A stretch of 64,000 bases of DNA, taken from the NCBI GenBank assembly GCA_030265395.1, contig JARFYF010000051.1:29254196-29318195 (forward strand), in the 5' to 3' direction. Numbering within the stretch: position 1 is the first letter of the stretch; the number at the start of each line of letters is the position of its first letter. The position numbers and the translations under genes are program-made. The notes under the pieces were generated by a model, which was given only the letters and a program-made list of their open reading frames with translations, had not been told where the DNA came from and did not search any database. This document shows, piece after piece, positions 12,741 through 24,600 of the stretch. Source of the stretch: Rhina ancylostomus. Lineage: Eukaryota.

Positions 12741-14399
12741 NNNNNNNNNNNNNNNNNNNNNNNNNNNNNNNNNNNNNNNNNNNNNNNNNNNNNNNNNNNN
12801 NNNNNNNNNNNNNNNNNNNNNNNNNNNNNNNNNNNNNNNCCGGTTGCCAGCACAGAGAGGCAGTCTTTCTTCAAGCTGCGCCATTGTGTCACCCTCCCGA
12901 ATTGGTGGGAGTCAAAGGCTTTAATAAGTCAGAAAGGCCACGCACACTGGCTGGTGCTACTCCCTTCATTTTTCTTGGAGTTGGCACGTTGTGAAGATCA
13001 TGTCCACTGTGCCTCCGGATGGACACAGAATCCACACAGCAATTTGGTAAGCAGCTCCTTAGCCACTGGGAAGAAGCAGTTGTGTAGGACCTGTACTTAG
13101 CAACATTTGAAGAAGGTGAACAGGAGACAGCAGAGAGAATTCTACCTCACTCCCACCCTCTGTAGCTACCAGAGTTGTCTTCCTTCTTGAAAATGACAAC
13201 ATTTCAGCTCCTCGATACACCCTCCTCTTCAGATGTGGAATATGAGATCGCCATTTTGTGTCTGAAGTTCTTCACTACTGTCTCAGTATGGTAACCAATG
13301 AATTAATGGGATTAGACATCTAGTATATTTGCTTATATCCATCATATGACTCGTTCACCAAGAGTTATTGTATTTAAAGAAAATGTTAAATCAATTTGCT
13401 TCAAATTCATTTCTTCTATCATAAAATTTCATTCCATGTCAAACAAGGCTGTTTCATTGCCCCAAAACATTCCACAAACTTTCGAGTTTGCATCATGATT
13501 AAGTTCTACAGTGTCTACATTATATATAGACTTAATACTACTCATGTCTTGAGACAGAATCTCATTTTACAAATTTAAACAGGAAATCCCCCCAGAACAC
13601 TGGTCCAATTAGTGGGCTGAAAAATAGTTGAGTTTAAAGCTGTATTAAAAAGTTTAAACTTCAGCATTGAGTTTGATAACTAACTTTCTTCAAGCCAAAT
13701 TAGCAATTTATGCTATTTTAAAAATGAACAATGAATTTTTAGTGTACCGGCCCAAGTTCACATTCAAGAAATTATCAAACTATGAATGGATTTTGATTAC
13801 ACTTGCTAAAATAATGTATGATTCACAAAAGACACTAATGGTTAGTTATTGATGGTATTAAAAAAAGTTATAAAATTTTGCAATGTAACACAGGATGAAA
13901 AGTTATTTATTGGTGGCAAAGGGAAAAATGCTGAGATAATATAGGACTGAAATTCATGCACTTGTAAAAAGGAATATGAATTATAAACAAGAAGTGTACA
14001 TGCTGTAAGTTAATTCATAATCTGGATCTTAATGTCTCCTTTCCCATCCCAAAAGGTACCTCTACTGCAGTATAAGCTCATTGTATGCAGTTAGCACTCC
14101 AGCTACTGCACTAGCTCTTTTGGGGATCACCACAAAACCCAATGTTCTCAATGTATATTTTCCAGCAGGAAATTGCAGAATAGTAATTAGCAAAAAGAAT
14201 GCAAGCAGATGTTTATTGAGCTTAAACATTTCAAATTAAACTATGCATCCCACTCAGTGGATTTCAAGTTTGGCAACAGCACAATATTTAGTGTAATTTG
14301 TTCCATGGATAAGACCCTAATGAACTTTTGCAGATGGGATGCAGTTATCCGTTTCCTTCTACATATTTTAACCATTTATGATCAAATAATCTGCTTTTA

Positions 14400-14930
14400 C
14401 TGTCCCACAAGATCAAGGAAAGGTCACTCCCACACCAGTTTTCTGGGCTTCCATGTGACTCATAAGACCAATATGGGACCACATACTGCCACCAGTGGGG
14501 TAGGTGGTGTACAGTGGAGTGGACACTTTAGGAGCTGGTGCACCCCCTCCTTCAACCCTTATGTCATGTGTGCTTTCAATCAATGGACTTCAATGCCATC
14601 CCAAAACATCCCTCCTCCTTGGGCCAGAGATTCCGACAAGTCTGAGGATATTACACTTTTTCCAAGGCTTTAAGAATATCCTTGAATCTTTTCCTCCGTC
14701 TACCTGGTAATCTCTTACCTTGACAGAGCATGGGGAAAAAAACCATACGTTGTTGGAAATGACGTGGCCTTCTCAGCAGAGCCATCCGAGTGTAACACTC
14801 ATTCGCTTATCCTTCCAGTGCACATAGACAGCATTGGGGGTATCACTCCTCTGTTTAGAGGTACACTTGCTGTAGATTGTCCATGATTCAGAAGTGTTCA
14901 GGAGGATAGAGGATGAGTGCTATCCACTAG
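14400..14930 (-). mobile_element. RTE-clade LINE 3' fragment
   Basis: Reverse strand reads RRKRFKDILKAL, an RTE C-terminal motif. Confidence 0.65.
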
Positions 14931-14974
14931 AAAGCAAGATTTGTGCTGAAGCCTTAAATGTAATTCAATAAAAT

Positions 14975-15245
14975 CAGAGTGATAGAGCACAGAAACAGGT
15001 CCTTTGGCCCATTGAGTCCACATTTACCATTAACCACCCATTTTACACTAATCCCATCTTTTATTTTGCCTGCATTCTCTTCAAATCCTTCCAGATTCTA
15101 CCACTCACCTACACACTATTGGTCCATTGACCAACTTCAGGATGTAATTGCGATACGAGAGGAAACTGGAGTACCCTGAAGAAACCCATATGGTCGCAGG
15201 GAGAACTGAAACTCCATAGACAGCACCCTGGGTTTGAATTCTGCA
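14975..15245 (-). mobile_element. V-SINE with CR1-like tail, decayed
   Basis: gaggaaactggagtaccctgaagaaaccca = reverse V-domain. Confidence 0.65.
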
Positions 15246-15419
15246 ACATCTCAGTTCTGGTGCACAAACAAAATTTTTAGCTAATATACTAGCTACATAA
15301 CATTTGCCACAGTTTTCACACCAAACACAAACAGCAAATTTAGAATGAAAGGTGTTCATTAGCTACACCTCAAGTTTGATAACCAACAAGACTAGCACAT
15401 AGTTAATAACTCCAGCAAA

Positions 15420-15670
15420 TTACAACCTCACTTCATGTTTAGAATTAGACCAGACCAAGCATGGAAGCCATTGCCTCCATCTTCGTAATGTAAAGGACAG
15501 CAGTGAACCAGATGGGTTCTTCTTGCAATCCCATACTTTTGTGGGCACTCATACTGCATTCATTTATTCTAGATTTATTTACTTAAATGGATCCAAAATT
15601 TCTCCTCCTGCCACCTTGGAATTTGAACCCTTGTATCCAAATCAATAATCCAGCATCTGTAGCCCACTTC
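15420..15670 (-). mobile_element. Unclassified tRNA-derived SINE (same family as 39790-40030 and 51400-51720)
   Basis: cagtgaaccagatggg...ggaatttgaaccc (reverse B-box-like). Confidence 0.45.
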
Positions 15671-17089
15671 CATAAACACGACGAGAACAGAGGCCATGAG
15701 AAAAAATGGTATTGCTATACATCTTAATGAGATGTGCAAAAACAAAACATTTTTGCCAAAATGTGACTTCTGCAAATGGTCATACAACTTCCTTGTGTGG
15801 GAATAATTTTACAGCCTGCAAGTGATTAATTGGTAGGATTCTGTAAGCACAGCTGGGTAAATCCCAAAGAGGCAGCCTCCATTACAACCTGTGCCCCATT
15901 CACTTCCACAATGTGTAATAAGCCTCATGGTTGAACTCATTTGTACCTTTATTTAAAATACATAAATCATACACAAGCCATTTCATGCATGTTTTATTGC
16001 AAATATTTCCCACTGAAACAACATCTATTTGCAAAATTGGAATGGACACAATTGATCCCATCATATCATCATTTGGGAATAGGATGAAATTATCCATGTG
16101 CTCATTCCTAGCTTACAAATAACATTGAACTGACTTGCATCTTGTATTTTCAATGAAGGAACAACTGGGCAAAGAGAAATGAATTAAAGGGTCCCCACTT
16201 GGATATGTCGCAGCACTCTGCAACAATGTGCACAAGTTCTTTTTTAATATATATTATGTATGCACTTCATCCATCATTGCTAGATCTCACTAATTGCAGC
16301 TACAAACAACAGAGATATGCACTGGGAGCTCTGTAATGTGATGAGCCCTTTCCAGAGGCTCAAAGATGGCATGGGACTTTATCTGTGCCAATTAACTGCA
16401 GGGATAGCACATGGCCACACTAAGAAATGTTCCCCCTTTCCCCAGTTTTACTCACTATAATAACAGCCCTTTATACACAGCTGATGAAGAGAAAAAGTAT
16501 TAACATTACTGATGTTTATTCTCTTGAAATCATTTTGCGCCTGTCACAAGTTCTCAATGTACTTACTTGTAATACACAAGACAACGGGTAGAAAAGAAAG
16601 ATGTTGGACAAATATGGGCAATGTAGCCAGCCTCAATAATTCTGTATTAATAGTCTTCCCGAAATTCATGAGTTTTGAGGGACTGAATGCACTCCTCTGA
16701 ACACTTGCAATAAAAGAAATTCCTATTTGTAACTCAGTCCCAACTCCTATACCACTGTTCTACTGTGACTGCCAATGGAGGGAGTTCTTCAAGGCAGAGA
16801 CCCCATCCTCAATTCTTAGTGGCAAAGACGTGAGAGTTATATTCTCTTCAGGAAGCTGCTATTAGTAATCATGCACCATATAACAAAATGCATTCCCAAA
16901 ATAACAGCAGAGGACTTGGGTGTCTTTCCAGAAGATGGAATTCCAAAGCAAGTCCAGCTACACGTGCACAATCTTGTTAGATAACACAAATGTTCTGAAT
17001 CGTTCATCTTAAAAAATAGTCATTATACAAGGTAAAACAAATAATTACAGAATAATGATAGAACTGAAAGGTTACACCTGAAAGCAATA

Positions 17090-17165
17090 AAAAGCATGTC
17101 AGGCAGCATCTGTGGAGGCAAAGGGACAGTCAACGTTTCGGGTTGAGACACTGCATCAGGGCAAA
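17090..17165 (-). mobile_element. Penelope-like pLTR remnant with hammerhead-like core
   Basis: Minus strand cctgatgcagtgtctcaacccgaaacgttgactg...gatgctgcctga. Confidence 0.6.
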
Positions 17166-17200
17166 GTAGCATAAAGGGTAGTTATAGAGGTATTCCACCC

Positions 17201-17228
<28 letters not shown>
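17201..17228. repeat. (CA)n microsatellite
   Basis: Direct reading. Confidence 0.95.
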
Positions 17229-17231
<3 letters not shown>

Positions 17232-18567
17232 CAGAATGAGGGAATATAAAATTGAGACAACCACAAATAAATCAATTAATGGATACAATAGGAACATTCT
17301 TTGGGCTTGGAATGATNNNNNNNNNNNNNNNNNNNNNNNNNNNNCTCAAAATTAAGGATTTAGAGGAGGCTACATAATTAGGAACATGAAAGGAACAGAA
17401 AGATCTGTTGACAGGTAGAAAGATGGTGCGAGAAGGCTTGTGTGAAGCATGAACAACGGCATGGAACTACTGGCTTGATTGATCACTTTGTGCTTGGATT
17501 ACTTCGTAACAAGCTTGCCTTTCTTTCGTCAGCCTACTCAGAGACAACAAACACGTACCGACAAATTCACTCACAGAAATAAATGTATTACATCTTGGTT
17601 ATGAGGAACAGTCAGAAGACAGGAGAAAAGTCCAATGGATCACAAACTTCTAACAAAATTTGTTTTGGTGGAGTTGATACCTAAAATCTGAAACAGCATC
17701 AGGAGAGATAGACAAACAAAGCCCACTGAAGCACAGTGATTCACAACGTGCAACAGAGATCAGGGATCACAAAGGTAAAAGTGCCCACTATCACAGAAGC
17801 CAGTTATATTCACTCTGGTGTCAAGGTTAATACAGCAAGGCTACAGGACAAGACAACACCCGTAATGGTTCAAAATAAACTGCTGGAATTCAGCAAGTCA
17901 ACTGGCATCTGTGGAGGCAAAAGGGATGTGCCATTGCTTTAGGTCGAGACCCGGCATAAAACCGAAGACTCACACTCCAGAATCTTTTCACACAACAGCC
18001 AAGTCGTCCTAACATATTTCACAAATCCATAGGTAGCTACTTAACTGTACTAGGGATTCTACCTGCACCATATGCATTGTAATCTACACTGGATAGTAAA
18101 CATTGTCACAATAAATATCAAAGTTAGATGAAAATACTTCCAGTGATCTCCAAGCTATTTGGAACATCAAAAGATAATCTGTACTCAATTTTCCCTTGAT
18201 CATTTTAGATTTGAAAACTTGAAACAACAGAACATACTAAATACAGTGCAGCATACAGCATAGAAAAAAATAATTCTGTATTTCTTTGAAGGTAGAATTG
18301 CAAAAATTAAGCATTTCCAATAAAAATTGCAGTATTATGTTTTTAAATATACATGCACCTCAATTACATGAGATTCCATTTTAAAAAAATGAAAACACAA
18401 GATCGACAACCATCACAAAACTATCACCGTCACAAAGCCCATAGGATAACAGATGGTAAAGTTTTCATAGCAATGGACAAGTTAGCAATATTTACTGAAC
18501 CAACATGTCTGGGAATTTTAGTCAGGATAAACACATAAACTTTAACATTTCATGCACAGCTACTTAC

Positions 18568-18664
18568 TCAAACATTCCACATCAGGATCTCCCCAAAAGA
18601 ATTCTTGACAGTCACTGCAAGTTCGTCCTCCAAATCCAGCCATGCATTGACACTGTCCTGTAAA
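18568..18664 (-). CDS. lamb1: lamb1 coding exon 23 (97 nt, LE); last constitutive exon in window, ends phase 1
   Basis: ccccag|TTT...TTGA|GTAAG; [32 protein letters not shown]. Confidence 0.97.
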
Positions 18665-21600
18665 CTGGGGAAAAAAGGTACCATATTCTATTGATGGTCA
18701 TTATTTTTACTTATATACAGCCAAGAACAAAAAAGTATAAATGGGCCAAACAGCACCAAACTTCAAACTTTGGCTAATGTTTAAGTTTAGTAAAAAAAAA
18801 GTTCCAATGATGTTTGCACTCCTTGGAGATAATCTTACTGAAAAATACAAGCTTGAATTGTTTTTGCATTGAGACAGTGTGGACTTGATGGCCCAAATGT
18901 CATGCTTCTGTTATAACTGTTCTGTGACTATTGTAGCAGTGGATTTCCAACAACAAACCAGGAGTTTTATGATTAGTTCTTCCCTTCTCCTCACCCTCAC
19001 CACCTCCATCATTCTGCAGCACCATAAATGACTGCTTGCTTTAGTTTACATTTTACAACTTTGCACGGGGAGCTCACACTGGTTTGACTTCCCTGTGCAA
19101 AGGAACACCACTAACCTGCCACATGGACGTCAATAGTTAAGCTCCTGATTGTTCTAACAATCCTCTCCAAGATAGTTATATTTGGGACCTTCAGACCCCT
19201 TTCAGGATGGCCCCAAAAGTGCTTTACAGCCAATGAAATAAATGTTCAATAACTACACACACCAATATAACTAAAAAATGTTCAAGGCCTAACTTAAAAA
19301 TATTTACAACTGTTAGAAAATTTTATTAAGGATCTTTCAGAGTCTTTGTCCTGTAATCCTTAAAATGTAATGAAGTCTTCAAGATGTCAATATCTGTAGG
19401 TCCAAAAGAGACAAGTTTTTTAAAAATAAACAAATATTCTCACCTCATTACAAGATGATGCACGTGAGTGGACTTCATTACAATTGCAGAGTTCACAACC
19501 TGTTCCACTTGCTAGATTCCAGGTATTAGGTGCACAGTGATCACATGTTAGACCAACCACATTGGGAAGGCAAGGACACTGACCAGTGGTTTGATTGCAA
19601 TGGCATTCATCTGCAGAAGGGCACTGGGTCTGTATTGTACCCAAGTAATTACAGACACACTCTAAAAAATTAAACCAGAAGCATACTTATTATTCAAATC
19701 ACAAGCTATAAGTATTAACTATTCTGATGTGCAAATTATTCTGGATAAATATATTATCTGGCTCAATGAAAATAAAGCAAAATTTGCAAATGTTGACATA
19801 AATTAATAATTATTTTTGAAGAAGTGGCAGCAACCTTGCCTAAGATTGTACAGCTGTACAAGTCTTATTTCAAATTTGAGAAAGTAATACAAACTTATGG
19901 TCTGTGCAGTTAAGTGAGGTGCACCAATCCCACATGATATTAAGTGGGGGCACTATTCAGGTAGAGTACAAATTACAGGCAGTCTTTCCTTCAGTCATCA
20001 TCATAAACAAAGTAACATACTATTCAGCTGAGTCCTTTGCGCAAACTGGCTATGTTTAGCTACAAAAAAAACAGACCATTCTTCAAAAGTAGTTAACATA
20101 ATATGAAATTATCTTCCTTGGAAACTGACATTATTTGGGGACAAAAAGAACAAAGAACCATCATTATGTCAAATCATTATGGGGGAGGCAGTCATAATTA
20201 ACATGGGTCCAGAAAGCCCATTGCTACTTTCCTTTAAAAGCTGATCTACTTTAAAATCCAAAACAATTTACAAGACAACCAATTTGTCCTTTAGGCTAGT
20301 TAAACTGACACATAAAAAACCAAGTCATTTACTTTAGTGACTTTATCTCTCTCTAATGTTACAACCTCCTTCAGCTCTGCTCCTGGGTTCTTGTTGGTGC
20401 AGTGTGCATCCTTTGCCCTCCCCCACAACAGTCAGAGCGCTCTGGCCTGCTGTGCTGTGAATTAAGCAGATTTCAGTTCTGTAAACATCATTCAGATTCT
20501 TACTGTGTGACTCAGGTATCAGAAGAGAGGGTAGATAAACAGCTACAGAGAATGCACACTCAGTTTCTGCCAGAGAACTGTAACCCCAGTTGATCATTTT
20601 TATTACTTCATGCTTGAAGTGAAGAGATGGCCAGGAATGATTATTTTCCTCATTATGTAATCCCTCATTTGCCTTTGACTAATTAAATAAACACAATCAA
20701 ATGCAGAACCACCATCAGGAGAGCCACTGAAGCAAGTAGCCAAGGAAGTTTACAAATTATCTTATCACTAGGTTCTGAGATTTTAAAATCCAAAAAGGTG
20801 TTTATTGCAAAAGTTTATATTTGCCTGGGGGTTGTGAAACCATAAGGAACAAACGTATTGATCTGATGATAAAGTGAAACAAGGTATGTTTGTAAATCCG
20901 ACCCACGGGTAAAAAGAACATACTATGCATGTCATCCTCACTCCCTTGGGAAACTCATTTGAATTTGTCAAGGATAATTAAAAACACCATTAAAGACAAG
21001 GAAAACAATAAAAGGTTTATGATAAATCTACAAGAGTTTATAGGTATTTGTTTGGAGCATCTTCAATCAACATTTTTAAAATTAAAAGGGGTAGTTTAAT
21101 TCTTTGTCAATTGTGTCACGAGGAACTACTAAATGTTAACGATCAGTAGAGTTGATTCCTCCATGCCATTTACTCTAATGCCTCCTGTGTTGAAGATTAA
21201 CCTGAGAACAAAGGCCAGGGTATCAAAAACACAGGATTGGGTGTTAGGTTACTTTTCACTCAAAAAGAGAAAAAAAGACTTGCATTTGAAAGGAATTTCT
21301 CTCAATCTTTGGATGCTTTGTGTGCATTATGGAAAACAATGTAATAAAGGAAATGCAGCAAGCAGATTGTGCATAGCAAGCCCACACAAACAGTGATGTG
21401 ATAATAAATGGGTAATCAATTTTTAGTGATGTTAGTTGAAAGATGCATTAGGAAGAATTCACGCATTCTTCTTTAAAAGAGAACTTTAGGATCTTTTATG
21501 TTAACTTAGAGGGCAAATGAAATTTCTGTTCACCATCTTAAATAAAGATGGGACATCTCACAATACTGCACTCTTAGTATGGCACTAAATTGTTCTGTTG

Positions 21601-24600
21601 AAGCCTCAGTATGGGGAATGTGAACAACAACCCCTCAGAGGTTGACCAAAGTGAAACACGACAATTAAAGGATGATGAACATCCAAATATAAGTAAGTGT
21701 AATTGAAAAGAAATGCTTGATGTGGAGACCATGTTTGGTTTCTAGCCATTCACCTGACATCAGTAGTAGCTAAATTATTGGAAGGTGTTCTGAGAGATCG
21801 GATGTACAAGTATTTGGACAGCCAAGGGCTGATTAAGGATAGTCAGCATGGCTCTGTGTGTGGTAGATCGTGTTTAACCAATCTTGTAGAGTTTTGAGGC
21901 TCTACAAGAGCCTGTAGTTTTCTGTGCTGTAGTGTGCTATGGTTCTATTCACAACATGAACTCCAGTGACGAAATAACCAGTTATTTTCAGTCTGCTGTT
22001 TCTTTAATATTCAGATTTACCTATGACTATTGCTTTTTTAACCAAAGGAACAAGCCTCTGATCTTGTCAAAAATTAAGCACGTAACTTAAGGGCAACTAC
22101 ACCAATGCAAATCTGCCACACATGCTCCAGGTGATGTTAAATCTTCCACAAACTGTAAACAGAGCAGCAAAGTTAGCACAAATGAAACTATACATTATTG
22201 AACAAGTGAGAAAACATAAAAAGCTGCAGAATCCTGGAATGGGTGACAAGGCATATAAAATATCAGAACACAGTAGAAAATAAGATACTGCAGATATCAC
22301 GTCCAAAATAACAAATATTGAAAATACTGACAAAATTCAATTAACTTGAGCCTGTTTCTTTCCCAGAGACGCTGCCTGACCCAAGAATTTACAGCACCTG
22401 AGATAATGAAGCCTTTAAAAAACGGTGTAATTCATACAAGAGAATAAATGCAAACTATGTATTCTGTAATTCTTAATTCTGTGTAGTTTAAAAATGTTTT
22501 GCACATCTTACTTATGCAGTTCTGTTGCACAGCATTCCCATAATAGCCAGGCTTGCAGAGGTTACAGCTTTCACCCTCCGTATGATACAGACATTTAAGA
22601 CACTCTCCAGTTCGCTTGTCACAGGACTCTGGATCAGTCACATCAATATTATTGTTGCATTGGCACTCCTGACAAAATCCTCTGGTCTCATTTGGGTTAC
22701 CATAAAACCCAGATGCACATTCATCACATCTAGCACCTGTCAGGTAAAAGCATCAAATAGTTTCAAACAAAAATACGAGGTTGCACGCTGTGTTAAAATT
22801 TACATGGAAACAGATGGTTGATGTCAAATCTTCAACAATACAAATTGAAATTTTGCATTTTCTGTTGCCATCTCTTGCTACCAGTTCATACATTTTTGAT
22901 ATGATTCTTGCCACAATCGTTAACTCTAGTTCTGCATTTCATCACCTCTCAAATCCTTGTGAGGTGATAAAATACTCCTCCCTAGCCCACATCTTTTGCA
23001 TTTAGTTATGCATCTGTGTCCCCTCATCCATGACCCTTACGTTTCCAACAGCTCCTTGCATTAACCAGCACCCCATGTTCACTATCAGCATAATCCACCC
23101 TGCTGGCATATCCTACCAAAAACGGAAGCTGAAGTCAGTATTAAAACTAACTTTTGTTACATGCAGTCAAGAAAAAGGCAGTTTAATCACAATGATCAAA
23201 TGGCCTTATATACAGGACTTTGATTCTATGGTAATGGACAGCTGTAGAAACAATGATGCAAGCCTATGCACACTTTAGGGCAATTCATTTACTTCAACCT
23301 TCCACCTCAGTCAAAAACATCATTGTCAATGGTTTCAAACACTTGGTTTTAAAAATCTAAATCACTGGACATTAATATTAGACTGAATGACTGAAGTAAC
23401 ACCCACCCTTGTTTTATTACATACCTGTGTATCCAGGTTGACAGAGGCAAACAATATTGCGAGAATAAGGATCCGGATAACAGCCAGTGGCAAACTGCCG
23501 TTCACTATCTGGCCCATCTGGGCAAGGGCATGGGCGACAGTGGTCACCTGACCCAAGTACAGGGTCCCCGTAATAACCTGACAGACAGCTGCAAGAGAAA
23601 GAAGAATGTTTCACTGAAAGCTGTTCAGTTACACGAGCTGCAGATATTTCACCCAGGATAACACCAGTTCAAACTAAAAGGGACCATCAATACCTCTCAC
23701 AATTCTGTCCACTCGTATGATCTCTGCAGTTCAAGCATTCGCCAGTTTCCAAGTCACAATGATCTGCATGTCCGTTACATTGGCATGGGCGGCAACTAGG
23801 AAATCCCCAAAATCCAGGCTGACACTGGTCACATCGGCGGCCATAGACTCCTTCTTTACATGGACAATGGCCAGTCGCGTGATGGCAAAATTCATAAACA
23901 GAACCTTCCAGATTACAGTCACAAGCTAAAAATTGAAATAAATATACAAAATTGTTGCTTTGATCTGAACAGCAAATGCACCTTTACAAATAATTAAAAT
24001 TCAAGATGAGAGGGAGGGATGACAGAGCCTGGTGTTCGAACAATGAAAACTTCTTGAGGAAATGAATAGCTCGAAGCGAAGGTGAGAATTGTGCACAAGG
24101 GTTGGAGGTTTTATAAAACTGTAAATCAGGCAGGATAGAAGTAACAGGTGAATGGAACCCAACTTGTGAATTGTGTGTCAATGAATGGAAAATGGAAAAA
24201 TTAAAGAGGCTTTTATTCAATAAACTGTTGAATAAAACAGTTCATTCATTTATTCATAGCACGTGTCCCATCACCAACATGATGCTCGTCATAACTTCCC
24301 TTGAAATTCCCCTTGAATTAAATAGCTTGCTAGCACTTCAAAAGTTGAAAACTAATCAGTAGCTGAAACGAAAAATGCAGATGCTGGAAATCTAAAGCAG
24401 AACGAGAACGCTGGGAGTGCTCAGTAGTTCAGGCAGTATCAGTGCTGGGAGAAGTCTTGAAACACCAACTCCATTTCTCTTCCTACTGATGCTGATTGAC
24501 CTGCTGAGCACCTCCAGTACTCTGTGTTAGAAATTGACAGTGGTGAGAGTCTGGAGTCGCACATTAGGCTCAAAAGAAATTTTCTTCCCCAAAAAGGCAG

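Noticed and set aside
12474-13100. 208-aa ORF
   Set aside because: Spans an N-gap and CR1 fragments; no coherent protein
14719-14926. Strong donor AAG|GTAAGA with upstream acceptor
   Set aside because: Lies inside an RTE fragment; stops in all frames
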